NCBI GenBank assembly: GCA_049680295.1
Contig: JBAUHN010000355.1
Location: 8,836-72,835, forward strand
Origin: Sulfitobacter sp.
GTDB lineage: Bacteria; Pseudomonadota; Alphaproteobacteria; Rhodobacterales; Rhodobacteraceae
Length of the DNA stretch: 64,000 nucleotides
Reading direction: 5' to 3'
Shown here: positions 46,440-56,900 of the stretch, piece by piece
Numbering within the stretch: position 1 is the first letter of the stretch
Layout: every line of letters starts with the position of its first letter
Position numbers and translations under genes: made by a program
The notes under the pieces: generated by a model
What the model was told of the DNA's origin: nothing
The model's database searches: none
What the model saw: only the letters and a program-made list of their open reading frames with translations

Positions 46440-49400
46440 ATGGACGGTTCTGATCAAGATATTCCGGTAAACGACAACGACATCGCTATCGTTGGTATGG
46501 CAGCGCATCTTCCGGGTGCGCGCACCATTGGCGATTACTGGGACAACCTGCGGGGTGGCGTCGAATCGATCCGCAAACTCACCCCCGAAGAACTGCGCGC
46601 CGCCGGTGAGCCTGAACATATTTCAGGCCGTCCCGATTATGTGCCCTATGCTGCCGTGCTTGAAGGCTTTGAAACATTTGACGCCGAATTCTTTGGTTTT
46701 TCCCCCAAAGAAGCCGCGATCATGGACCCGCAGCACCGCCAGTTTCTGGAGGTCGCCTGGGCCGCGCTGGAAAACGCGGGCCACCCGCCTGAAAACACCC
46801 CCGGACCGGTGGGCGTTTTTGCCGGCTGCGGCATGGGCAGCTATTTCTATTTCAACGTCTGTTCAAACCCGGATCTGGTCGACAATGTCGGCATGTTCCT
46901 GCTGCGCCACACCGGCAACGACAAGGATTTTCTGGCCACACGTCTTAGCCACACACTGGACCTCAAAGGCCCCAGCGTGAACATGCAGACCGCCTGTTCG
47001 ACATCACTGGTGACCACCCATTATGCCTGTCAGGCGCTGATGAACGGCGAATGTGACATGGCGCTGGCGGGGGGTGTGACGATCGAATTGCCCCACGCGC
47101 GCGGCTATCTTTACAAAGAAGGCGAAGTCCTGTCGCCGGATGGTCATTGTCATGCCTTTGATCACCGCGCCCAGGGCACGGTTTTTGGATCAGGGGCGGG
47201 CGTTGTTGTGCTGCGCCGTCTCGCGGACGCGATTGCCGATGGCGATCACATCTGGGCGGTGATCAAGGGCACGGCGATCAACAATGATGGCGCCGCCAAA
47301 GCCGGGTATCTGGCGCCTTCCGTCGATGGGCAAGCCGCCGCCATTGCCGAGGCGCATATGATGGCCGGCACCCCGGCCGACACCATTGATTACATCGAAT
47401 GTCACGGCACCGGCACCTATCTGGGCGACCCGATCGAGGTTGCGGCCCTGACACAAGCCTTTGCCGAGACCACGGACGATCAGGGTTTTTGCCGGATCGG
47501 GTCGGTCAAAACCAACATTGGCCACCTTGATACGGCGGCCGGTGTCGCCAGCCTGATCAAAACCAGCCTGTCGCTGCACCACAAGCAAATCCCGCCCTCG
47601 CTGGGCTATGAGGCCCCAAACCCGTCGATTGATTTCGATGGCAGCCCCTTTGTCGTCAATGACAAGCTGACCGACTGGGCGTCGCACAAAGGTCCGCGCC
47701 GGGCCGGGGTAAATTCACTGGGTGTGGGCGGAACCAATGCCCATGTTGTCCTGCAAGAAGCGCCGATGCGCGCCCCATCAGAAGATTCCGACTGGCCGTT
47801 TCAGATCTTGACCGTCTCGGGCCGCACCAAGGCCGCTTTGGACGGCAATGCCGCAGCCCTGGCCGCCCATCTGCGCGCAAACCCTGACCAATCGCTGGCC
47901 GATATCGCCTGGACCCTCAAAGAGGGCCGTCGCGCCTTTGAAAAACGCCGGGTGATTGTGGCCGCAGACCACGCAGAGGCGGCACAGCTGCTGGAAGAAA
48001 ACGATCCGCGCCGGGTGTTCACCCATACGCTGGTCGATGACGCCCCCGAATCCGTCTTTATGTTCCCCGGTGGCGGCGCCCAATACGCCGGCATGGCCCG
48101 CGATCTTTATGAGACCGAGCCGGTGTTCCAGGAATGGATGGACCGGGGTCTCGATATTCTGCAGCCCAAGCTCGATTACGACATCCGGGCGATCTGGCTG
48201 CCGGGTGCGGCAGATCACGCCAGCGCCGAGGAACGTCTGAAAACGCCATCCGTGCAATTGCCGTTGATCATGATCGTGGAATATGCGCTGGCGCAGCTTT
48301 GGATGTCCTGGGGTGTCAAACCCGACGTGCTTGTTGGCCATTCGATGGGCGAGAACACTGCCGCGTGTGTCGCCGGTGTGATGTCGTTTGAGGATTGCAT
48401 CGGTCTGGTGCATCTGCGCGGTCAGCTGTTTGATACCGTGGCCCCCGGGGGCATGCTCAGCGTGCCCTTGCCTGCTGCTGAACTGGAACCTTTGCTGGGC
48501 GACGATCTGGATCTGGGCGCGATCAACGCGCCGGACCTCAGCGTCGCCACAGGCCCGCAGGCCGCCTTGGACGTGCTGGAGGAGGTCCTGAAAGCCCGCG
48601 AGGTCGACTGCCAGCGGATCGGCATCAATATTGCCGCCCATTCGCGCATGTTAGAGCCTATTTTGGAGCGTTTCGGCGCCTATCTGCGTTCGATCACGTT
48701 AAACGCGCCGCAAATCCCTATTGTCTCAAACCGCAGCGGGCAGATGATGACGGATGCGCAGGCCATGGACCCTGACTATTGGGTCGGCCATTTGCGTCAC
48801 ACCGTGCGCTTTGCCGATTGCATCACCACGCTTGCGACAGACGCCACCCCCCGCATCTTTATTGAGGTCGGACCGGGCAAGGCGCTGTCGTCGCTGACCG
48901 GCATGCATGACAAGGTCAGCGCCAATCAGGTCATAGGCAGCCTGCGCCATCCCGATGACACCACAGCCGATGACGCCTATTTCATGGCGATGCTGGGCCG
49001 GGTCTGGGCGGTTGGCGGTGAATTCGACTGGGCGCAGATCTGGGGCGAGGCACGGCGCAACCGTGTGCCGCTGCCGGGATACGCCTTTCAGCGCGCGCCC
49101 TATTTCATTGAACCGGGCAGCAACCAGACCCAAAGTCAGGCCCAATGGCTGACCCGTACCGATGATGTGGGCGACTGGGGCTACCGCCCGGCCTGGGTGC
49201 CGCGCTATGCCGCCTGTGATCTGGATGTCACCCATGATCTGAAAGACGCCGAGACGCAGACATGGCTGGTCTTTGAAGACAACACCGGTCTGTGTACCGG
49301 CATCTCTGAGCGCCTGCGCGGTGCGGGCCAGCGTGTGGTCACCGTCACCCCCGGCGACGCCTTTGTGAAAACCGGCGACGACAGCTATGTGATTGCCCCT

Positions 49401-52400
49401 GAACGGGGGCGCGAAAACTATGATCAGCTGATCGGTGATCTGATCGCCCAAGATAAGGCACCCACCCGCATTCTGCACGGCTGGCTGGTCACCGGGGACG
49501 AAAGCTTCCGCCCCGGCAGCAGCTTTTTCCATCGCAATCAGGAACAGGGCTTCTACAGCCTGTTGTTCCTGGGCCAGGCCATCGGCGGCGAAGATCTGGC
49601 AATGCCTGTGCATATGACGGTTCTGACATCGGGGGCCATGCAGGTCAGCAACGAGGCGCTGCGCTATCCTGATAAATCCACCGTCATGGGACCTGCACGG
49701 GTGCTGCCGCAGGAATTTCCGGGGCTCACCACAACGGTGCTTGATCTGGATCTGCCGCTGGCTGCCAAAGGCCGGCGCAAGGGTCAGATCGCGCCGCAAA
49801 TGAACCGGCTGATTGATCAGACCCTCGAAGATCTGATTGCCGCACCGGCCAATATCACCGCCGCCCTGCGCGGTGAAAAACGTTATGAACTGTCGGTGCG
49901 CAAACTGGAGATACCAGAGCCTGACAAGGGTGATTTGCCCCTGCGCGACAAAGGTGTCTATATGATCACCGGCGGCTTTGGCGGCATTGGCCTGACCATC
50001 GCCCGCGATCTGATCACCACCCATTCGGCCCGCATTGTGCTGCTGTCACGCAGCGCCATGCCGCCGCGCGATCAATGGGATCAGGTGCTGCACCAGAACG
50101 CGCCGCAAGACCCTGTTGTGCGCCGCATCCGCGCCATTCAGGACCTCGAAAACCTGGGCGGCGAAGTGCTGTGCATCGCCGCCGACGTCAGCAACGTCGA
50201 AGACATGCGCGACGCGGTGACCCAGACCCGCGACGCCTTTGGCGACATCAACGGTGTGATCCATGCCGCAGGGCTGATTGCCGATGCCCCGATCATGGGT
50301 AAATCCACCATGGAGATCGAGGACGTGCTCACGCCCAAGGTCCATGGCACCCATGTGCTGGAAAGCATCTTTCCCGATGGCACGCTGGACTGGCTGGTGC
50401 TGTTCTCGTCAACGTCAACCGTGACCACGCCCGCAGGTCAGGTCGATTATGTCGCCGCCAACGAATATCTGAATGCCTATGCCAAATCGCGCAAGGGCGA
50501 CAAAACCCGGGTGCTGGCGATCAACTGGGGGGTCTGGTCCGAGGTCGGCATGGCCGCGGATGCGATGCTGGCACGGTCCGGCAGCGCCACGCCGCCGCCT
50601 TCTGATCCGGCCCATGTCCCGATGCTGGACGCCGCCACCTTTGGCCCGGCCCATAACCGGGTCTTTACCGCCACATATACCGCCAAGGACCGCTGGTTCC
50701 TGGATGAACACCGCACCAAAGCAGGCGACGCACTGTTGCCCGGCACCGGCTATCTGGAACTGGCCGCCGAAGCGCTGGAGGCGCAGGGCGAAACCAGCCC
50801 GTTTGAAATTCGCGATCTCTATTTCCTGCGCCCGCTGGCTGTGGGCGATGACGTGGCCCAAAACATCCGTCTGCGGCTGCCGCGCAGCGATGTCGGCTAT
50901 GATTTCTCGGTGCAAAGCAGCGATACGGACGCCTTTGAGATCAACGCCCAGGCCAGCCTGTCCCTGCTGCCGATGGAGACCCCCGAGGCGGTGGATATCG
51001 CGGCCCTGCGCGCGCGCTGCACAGTGGCGGCCACTGCGGATGCAGGTGCCGCCATCACCTCGCGGCAAGAAGAACATCTGAACTTTGGCCCGCGCTGGCG
51101 GGTGCTGATGTCGACCGCTTATGGCGACAACGAAGGTCTGGCCGATCTGAAACTGTCAGATGCCTATCAGGGCGATCTGGACGATGGCTATGTGCTGCAC
51201 CCCGGTCTGATGGATCTGGCCACCGGCTGGGCGATGGATCTGATCCGCGACTACCAGCCCACCAACCTGTGGGTACCGGTGTCTTATGGCTCTGTCAAAG
51301 TCTACCGCGATCTGCCGCGCGAGGTGGTCAGCTGGGTCCGCAATGCCGGTGACAACCACGCCGGCGGCCAGATGGCCAGCTTTGATGTCACCATCATGGC
51401 CCCCGATGGCACCGTCTGCGTCGAGATCAAAGGCTTCTCGATCCGGCGCATGGACAGCGTTGCCGATTTCGCCAAAACCGAAAACGCCGCCGTCGCACAG
51501 ATAGACGAGGACGCACCGCGCCCCTTGTCACCTGCCGAAGAACGGCTGCGGCACAATATCTCGCAGGGCATCAAACCGCATGAAGGCTCGGATGCGTTTT
51601 TCCGCGCGCTGGCCTCATCGGCGCCACAGGTCATCGTGTCTTCGCTGGATCTGGATTTGCTGACCGCGCAAGTCGCCGAAAGCTCGGCGGTGCCGGAAAG
51701 CTCCGAGCAGACCTTCCAGCGGCCGGAACTGGATTCCGAATACGCCGCCCCCGCCAATGACATCGAGGAAAAACTGGCCAGCATCTGGCAGGATTTGCTG
51801 GGTGTCGATCAGGTCGGCGTCGAAGACAGCTTTTTCGACCTCGGGGGCCATTCGCTGATCGCGGTGCGGCTGTTTGCGCAGGTGCGCAAGGCCTATAGTG
51901 TCGATTTTCCGATCTCGGTGCTGTTTGAAGCGCCAACCATCCGCAAATGCGCTGAAATGATCGCCGCACGCGGTGTGGCCACATCCTCGGATGCCGGTGA
52001 CAATGCCACCGCAGCGCCCGAAACCGCCACCCGCCGCTTTACCCATCTGGTGCCGATGCACGCAGGCGAGGCCGGACCGCAAACGCCGTTCTTTCTGGTT
52101 GCGGGCATGTTTGGCAACGTGCTGAACCTGCGCCATCTGGCGCATCTTCTGGGCGCGGACCGGCCATTCTACGGGTTGCAGGCGCGCGGGCTTTACGGCG
52201 ATGAGGCGCCCCATACCTCCCTGGTTGAGGCGGCCACCGATTACATCGCTGAAATCCGTGCCGTGCAGCCGCATGGGCCTTATATGGTTGGCGGATTTTC
52301 CGGCGGCGGCATCACCGCCTATGAGATCGCACAACAATTGACAGCCATGGGCGAAGAAGTATCGGTTCTGGTGATGCTCGACACACCGCTGCCGGTGGCA

Positions 52401-52913
52401 GAGCCTGTGACCCTGCGTGACCGGCTTATGATCCAATGGATTGAGCTGCGCAAAAAAGGCCTGAACTATCCGCTGCAATGGGCCAGAAACCGCATTGCAT
52501 GGGAACTCTCCAAGCGCCGCGGTGACGCGGACGGCGATGACATGCCCGCCAATCAGTTCCACAACACCGAAATCGAAGCCGCGTTCATGGAAAGCGTGCG
52601 GTCTTACCAGGTCAAACCCTGGAACGGCCCATTGGCAATGATGCGCCCGCCCTTGGTTGGCACCTGGGAAGTCGCCCCAGGCCGCTGGATCAATGATGAA
52701 CGTGACTATGTGCTGCATGACAATGGCTGGACCGGCTGGGCGCCCAAAATCGAAGTGTTCGAAGTGCCCGGAGACCACGATTCCATGGTGTTAGAGCCGA
52801 ATGTACGGGTGCTTGGCGCCCGGATGAAGCGCTGTATTGAGGCGGCAGGTCGCAGCCCCGGCGTCGCACCCGTCTCCGCAGGCCTGCGCACCATTAAAAA
52901 GGCAGCAGAATAA
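46440..52913 (+). CDS. Type I polyketide synthase, KS-AT-KR-DH-T-TE
   Basis: KS: TACSTSLV, ECHGTGT, KTNIGHLDTAAG. AT: GHSMGE..R..IAAHS. KR: GGFGGIGL, HAAGLIAD, S..YVAANEYL. DH: HRTKAGDALLP and HPGLMD. Carrier: FFDLGGHSL. TE: GGFSGGG, LDTP, GDHDSM. Confidence 0.92.
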   Translation: MDGSDQDIPVNDNDIAIVGMAAHLPGARTIGDYWDNLRGGVESIRKLTPEELRAAGEPEHISGRPDYVPYAAVLEGFETFDAEFFGFSPKEAAIMDPQHRQFLEVAWAALENAGHPPENTPGPVGVFAGCGMGSYFYFNVCSNPDLVDNVGMFLLRHTGNDKDFLATRLSHTLDLKGPSVNMQTACSTSLVTTHYACQALMNGECDMALAGGVTIELPHARGYLYKEGEVLSPDGHCHAFDHRAQGTVFGSGAGVVVLRRLADAIADGDHIWAVIKGTAINNDGAAKAGYLAPSVDGQAAAIAEAHMMAGTPADTIDYIECHGTGTYLGDPIEVAALTQAFAETTDDQGFCRIGSVKTNIGHLDTAAGVASLIKTSLSLHHKQIPPSLGYEAPNPSIDFDGSPFVVNDKLTDWASHKGPRRAGVNSLGVGGTNAHVVLQEAPMRAPSEDSDWPFQILTVSGRTKAALDGNAAALAAHLRANPDQSLADIAWTLKEGRRAFEKRRVIVAADHAEAAQLLEENDPRRVFTHTLVDDAPESVFMFPGGGAQYAGMARDLYETEPVFQEWMDRGLDILQPKLDYDIRAIWLPGAADHASAEERLKTPSVQLPLIMIVEYALAQLWMSWGVKPDVLVGHSMGENTAACVAGVMSFEDCIGLVHLRGQLFDTVAPGGMLSVPLPAAELEPLLGDDLDLGAINAPDLSVATGPQAALDVLEEVLKAREVDCQRIGINIAAHSRMLEPILERFGAYLRSITLNAPQIPIVSNRSGQMMTDAQAMDPDYWVGHLRHTVRFADCITTLATDATPRIFIEVGPGKALSSLTGMHDKVSANQVIGSLRHPDDTTADDAYFMAMLGRVWAVGGEFDWAQIWGEARRNRVPLPGYAFQRAPYFIEPGSNQTQSQAQWLTRTDDVGDWGYRPAWVPRYAACDLDVTHDLKDAETQTWLVFEDNTGLCTGISERLRGAGQRVVTVTPGDAFVKTGDDSYVIAPERGRENYDQLIGDLIAQDKAPTRILHGWLVTGDESFRPGSSFFHRNQEQGFYSLLFLGQAIGGEDLAMPVHMTVLTSGAMQVSNEALRYPDKSTVMGPARVLPQEFPGLTTTVLDLDLPLAAKGRRKGQIAPQMNRLIDQTLEDLIAAPANITAALRGEKRYELSVRKLEIPEPDKGDLPLRDKGVYMITGGFGGIGLTIARDLITTHSARIVLLSRSAMPPRDQWDQVLHQNAPQDPVVRRIRAIQDLENLGGEVLCIAADVSNVEDMRDAVTQTRDAFGDINGVIHAAGLIADAPIMGKSTMEIEDVLTPKVHGTHVLESIFPDGTLDWLVLFSSTSTVTTPAGQVDYVAANEYLNAYAKSRKGDKTRVLAINWGVWSEVGMAADAMLARSGSATPPPSDPAHVPMLDAATFGPAHNRVFTATYTAKDRWFLDEHRTKAGDALLPGTGYLELAAEALEAQGETSPFEIRDLYFLRPLAVGDDVAQNIRLRLPRSDVGYDFSVQSSDTDAFEINAQASLSLLPMETPEAVDIAALRARCTVAATADAGAAITSRQEEHLNFGPRWRVLMSTAYGDNEGLADLKLSDAYQGDLDDGYVLHPGLMDLATGWAMDLIRDYQPTNLWVPVSYGSVKVYRDLPREVVSWVRNAGDNHAGGQMASFDVTIMAPDGTVCVEIKGFSIRRMDSVADFAKTENAAVAQIDEDAPRPLSPAEERLRHNISQGIKPHEGSDAFFRALASSAPQVIVSSLDLDLLTAQVAESSAVPESSEQTFQRPELDSEYAAPANDIEEKLASIWQDLLGVDQVGVEDSFFDLGGHSLIAVRLFAQVRKAYSVDFPISVLFEAPTIRKCAEMIAARGVATSSDAGDNATAAPETATRRFTHLVPMHAGEAGPQTPFFLVAGMFGNVLNLRHLAHLLGADRPFYGLQARGLYGDEAPHTSLVEAATDYIAEIRAVQPHGPYMVGGFSGGGITAYEIAQQLTAMGEEVSVLVMLDTPLPVAEPVTLRDRLMIQWIELRKKGLNYPLQWARNRIAWELSKRRGDADGDDMPANQFHNTEIEAAFMESVRSYQVKPWNGPLAMMRPPLVGTWEVAPGRWINDERDYVLHDNGWTGWAPKIEVFEVPGDHDSMVLEPNVRVLGARMKRCIEAAGRSPGVAPVSAGLRTIKKAAE

Positions 52914-52915
52914 CG

Positions 52916-53929
52916 ATGTCTCACCCCACAGTTCTGACCATCATCCTGAACTATAAAACCGCCCCGATGACCCAGAAATCCATCGCCGCAGCGCGGGCCG
53001 CGATGGCCGGGTTATCCGGTGAAATCACCGTCGTTGATAACGCCTCACAGGACGGATCCTTCGAGACGCTGTCGGCGTATGTGGCAGGCCTTGGCCCCGA
53101 TCCGGACATCCCGGTCCGGGTCCTGGCATCGGGCCGCAATGGCGGCTTTGGGGCGGGCAATAACGTCGGCATCCGCGCCGGGCTGAAGGATGGATCGAAA
53201 CCCGATTACGTCTATGTGCTGAACTCTGACGCCTTCCCGGACAAAGACGCCATTCGTCTGCTGCTGGCGCATCTGCAAACCCACCCCGACGCGGGTTTTG
53301 CCGGCAGTTACATCCATGGCGAAGACGGCGACACCCATCTGACGACATTCCGGTTTCCCTCCGTGTTCAGCGAATTCGAAGGGGCGATCCAGTTTGGCCC
53401 GGTCAGCCGTCTGCTGGCCAAATATGCCGTGCCGGTCAAAACCCCGGACACGGTCACACCCGTCGACTGGCTGGCAGGCGCCAGCATCATGATGCGCCAA
53501 AGCGTGCTGGATGAAATTGGCATCTTTGACGAAGAATTCTTTCTCTATTTTGAGGAAACGGACCTGTGCCGCCGCGCCCATCTGGCCGGGCATCAGACCG
53601 TGTTTGTGCCGCAAAGCCGTGTGGCCCATATCGGGTCGGTGTCCACGGGCATGAAAACATGGGGGCGGGTGCCGGGCTACTGGTTTGCCTCGCGGCGCTA
53701 TTATTTCACCAAGAACCACGGCCGGCTTTATGCGGGTCTGGCCACGCTGGCGCATCTGGCGGGGGGCGGGCTGCACTGGCTGCGCTGTCTGGTGACGCGC
53801 CGCGCCAACAACACGCCGTCGCATTTCCTGCGCACCTTGGCCTGGCATGATCTGACCGCCCGGCGCCGCGAGAATCCAAAACCGCAACCTGCGCTGACAT
53901 CCACGCCCCATCCAACGACCGGAGAATAA
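52916..53929 (+). CDS. Glycosyltransferase family 2 (embedded between the PKS and NRPS genes)
   Basis: LTIILNYKTAPMT..VVDNASQDGS..LNSDA..FLYFEETDLCRR. Starts 2 nt after the PKS stop and ends 4 nt before the NRPS start. Confidence 0.85.
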   Translation: MSHPTVLTIILNYKTAPMTQKSIAAARAAMAGLSGEITVVDNASQDGSFETLSAYVAGLGPDPDIPVRVLASGRNGGFGAGNNVGIRAGLKDGSKPDYVYVLNSDAFPDKDAIRLLLAHLQTHPDAGFAGSYIHGEDGDTHLTTFRFPSVFSEFEGAIQFGPVSRLLAKYAVPVKTPDTVTPVDWLAGASIMMRQSVLDEIGIFDEEFFLYFEETDLCRRAHLAGHQTVFVPQSRVAHIGSVSTGMKTWGRVPGYWFASRRYYFTKNHGRLYAGLATLAHLAGGGLHWLRCLVTRRANNTPSHFLRTLAWHDLTARRRENPKPQPALTSTPHPTTGE

Positions 53930-53933
53930 CCCC

Positions 53934-56900
53934 ATGTCCGATTTCAATTCCATCGTCATCGGCAACGAATCCCTTGTGATTCAATGCGGTGACATGCTGT
54001 TGCAGGGCGGGCATAAGATCAGCGCCCTTGTCACCCGCAACCCGGACGTGCGCGCCTGGGGCGAAAAACAGGGTCTAAGCGTGCATAGGCCGGGGTCTGA
54101 TCTGGCGGATCGGCTGGGGGATACCCCCTGTGACTGGCTGTTTTCCATCGCCAACCTCGATATTATTCCGCAGGCCCTGCTGGACCGCGCCGCCAAAGGG
54201 GCGATCAACTTTCACGATGGGCCCCTGCCGCGTTATGCCGGTCTGAACGCACCGGCCTGGGCGCTGATCAACGGCGAGGCGCAGCACGGCATCACCTGGC
54301 ACCTGATCGAAGGCGGCATCGACGAAGGCGATATCATCGAGCAACGCAGCTTTGACATCGCCCCCCATGACACTGCCCTGACGATGAACACCAAATGCTA
54401 TGTCGCGGCGATCGAAAGTTTCGGCGCGGTGATATCGGCCGTGGCAGATGGTCTGCCCGGCCGCCGCGCTCAGGACCTGTCCCAGCGCAGCTATTTCGCC
54501 AAAGACGCCCGGCCCGCCGCTGCCGCACGGCTGGATTTCAATACATCCGCCAAAGATCTGGTGGCCTTGGTGCGGGGCCTTGATCATGGCGACTACTGGA
54601 ACCCGCTGTCTTGCCCCAAGATCGAAGCGAATGGCCAAATCTGGCTGATCGGCGCCGCCTCTGTCGCCGAAGACAGCCCCGATGCGGCCCCCGGTACGGT
54701 CCTTGCCAGCGACGGCGACACACTGACTGTTGCCACCGGTGCAGGCGCCATTGCGCTGACAAATATCAGACCCTGCACAGGCGATGCGGACCTGCCACAG
54801 GCAGGCGATGTCCTCTCCTCGCCCTCGGCAGCCGAGGCAACGGCCCTTGATGCCGTCCTGGCCAAAACCCTGCGCGCAGAACCCTATTGGCGCAAACGTC
54901 TTGAAACCCTGACCCCGGCGCAGGCCCCTTTGATGCAGGCCACGGATGCCAAGGGCGTCGAGACGCGCAAATTAAATCTGCCCGCGGCACTAGGCGCGGA
55001 TGATCAGGCCGCAGTGCTGGCCACATTGGTCCTGCGCCTTGGCGATGACAGCACCATTGATCTGGCCTGGCAGGACGCAGGAACCACCCATAACGCGCCA
55101 AAACCCTATGTCAGAGACTGGGTGCCGCTGCGGTTTGAGACAAAAGACAGCTTTGACGCCGCCAGCACCGCACTCGCCGATGAGATCGCAACCGCGCGCA
55201 GCAAGGGCGGTTTTGCCTGCGATCTGCCCGCGCGTATTCCGGGTCTGGATGCTGCGCAAATGCCGCAGGTCGGGGTGACATCCGGCCGTGAAATCATTTC
55301 CGGCACGGTTCTGACCCTTGCCACCGGTGACGCCCCCGCCCTGATCGCGGATGCCGCACAGATGCCCGCCGCCCTGCTGGATCTGATCGCAGCGCGTCTT
55401 GAAACCCTTGGCACAGCCCTTGCCATGCCTGACGCGCGCGGCCAGGCGCTTAGTGCCCTGCCGATCCTGCCGGATGCAGAACGCCAGCACATCCTGCAGG
55501 GCCTGAACGACACAAAAACCGCCTACCCGGCAGATGCCTGCATTCATCAGCTGTTTGAAGCCCAGGTCGCCCGCACGCCGGACGCCGAAGCACTGGTGTT
55601 TGAAGGCGAGGTGCTAAGCTATGCCGCGCTGGATGCGCGCGCCAATCAGGTGGCCCATGTGTTGCGCGATATGGGCGTCGGCCCCGGCAAAACCGTCGGG
55701 CTGCATTTGCGCCGCTCGACCGAATTGCTGGTGGGCGCCCTGGCGATCTTTAAGGCCGGGGGCGCTTATGTGCCGCTGGACCCAGGCTTCCCCTCTGATC
55801 GCATTGCCTACTACATCGAAGACAGCGCCGCACCGGTGATCATCACCCAGAGCGATCTGGCAGCGGGCCTGCCCGCGCATAGTGCCAAAGTGCTTGTGTT
55901 AGAGAGTGATCCGCGCATTGCCGCCGCCGCCACAGACACGCCCGACAGCGGTGTTTCCGCCTCTGATCTGGCCTATCTGATCTACACTTCCGGCTCGACC
56001 GGCAAGCCCAAGGGCGTCATGGTTGAACACCGCAATGTATCGAATTTCTTTACCGGCATGGACGCCCATATCAGCCATGACCCTGCGGGCGTCTGGCTGG
56101 CCGTGACCAGCCTGTCGTTTGATATCTCGGTGCTGGAACTGTTCTGGACCCTTGCGCGGGGTTTCAAACTGGTGCTTAGCAGCGATGAAGACCGCGGTCT
56201 GATCTCAAACGGGGGGCTGCAGGTATCCGACACGCCGATGGATTTCAGTCTCTATTACTGGGGGAATGACGATGCTGTCGGCACCGAGAAATACAAATTG
56301 CTGCTGGAAGGCGCGAAATTCGCCGATGACCACGGCTTTTGCGCTGTCTGGACGCCTGAACGGCATTTCCACGCCTTTGGCGGGCCTTATCCCAACCCGT
56401 CCGTGACCGGTGCGGCGGTGGCTGCCGTGACCAAAAATCTGTCGGTGCGCGCCGGTAGTATCGTCGCCCCCCTGCACCATCCTGCGCGCATTGCCGAAGA
56501 ATGGGCGGTGATTGACAATCTGACGGGGGGCCGTGTCGGGCTGGCCATGGCCTCGGGCTGGCAGCCCGATGATTTTGTGCTGCGCCCCGAAAACACGCCG
56601 CCACACAATAAAACCGCCCTGATAGAGACGATCAAGACCGTGCGCCGGCTTTGGGCGGGCGAAGCGGTTGAATTCCCCCGCCAGGATGGCGCGATGCACG
56701 CGGTTGTCACCCAGCCGCGCCCGATTTCGGACAAAATGCCGATGTGGGTCACCTCTGCCGGCAACCCCGCCACCTGGGTTGAGGCGGGCGAATTGGGCGC
56801 CAATGTTCTGACCCACCTTCTGGGCCAAAGCGTGGATGAGGTCGCCGAAAAGATCAAAATCTACCACAAGGCGCTGCGCAGCGCCGGGCATGATCCGGCC

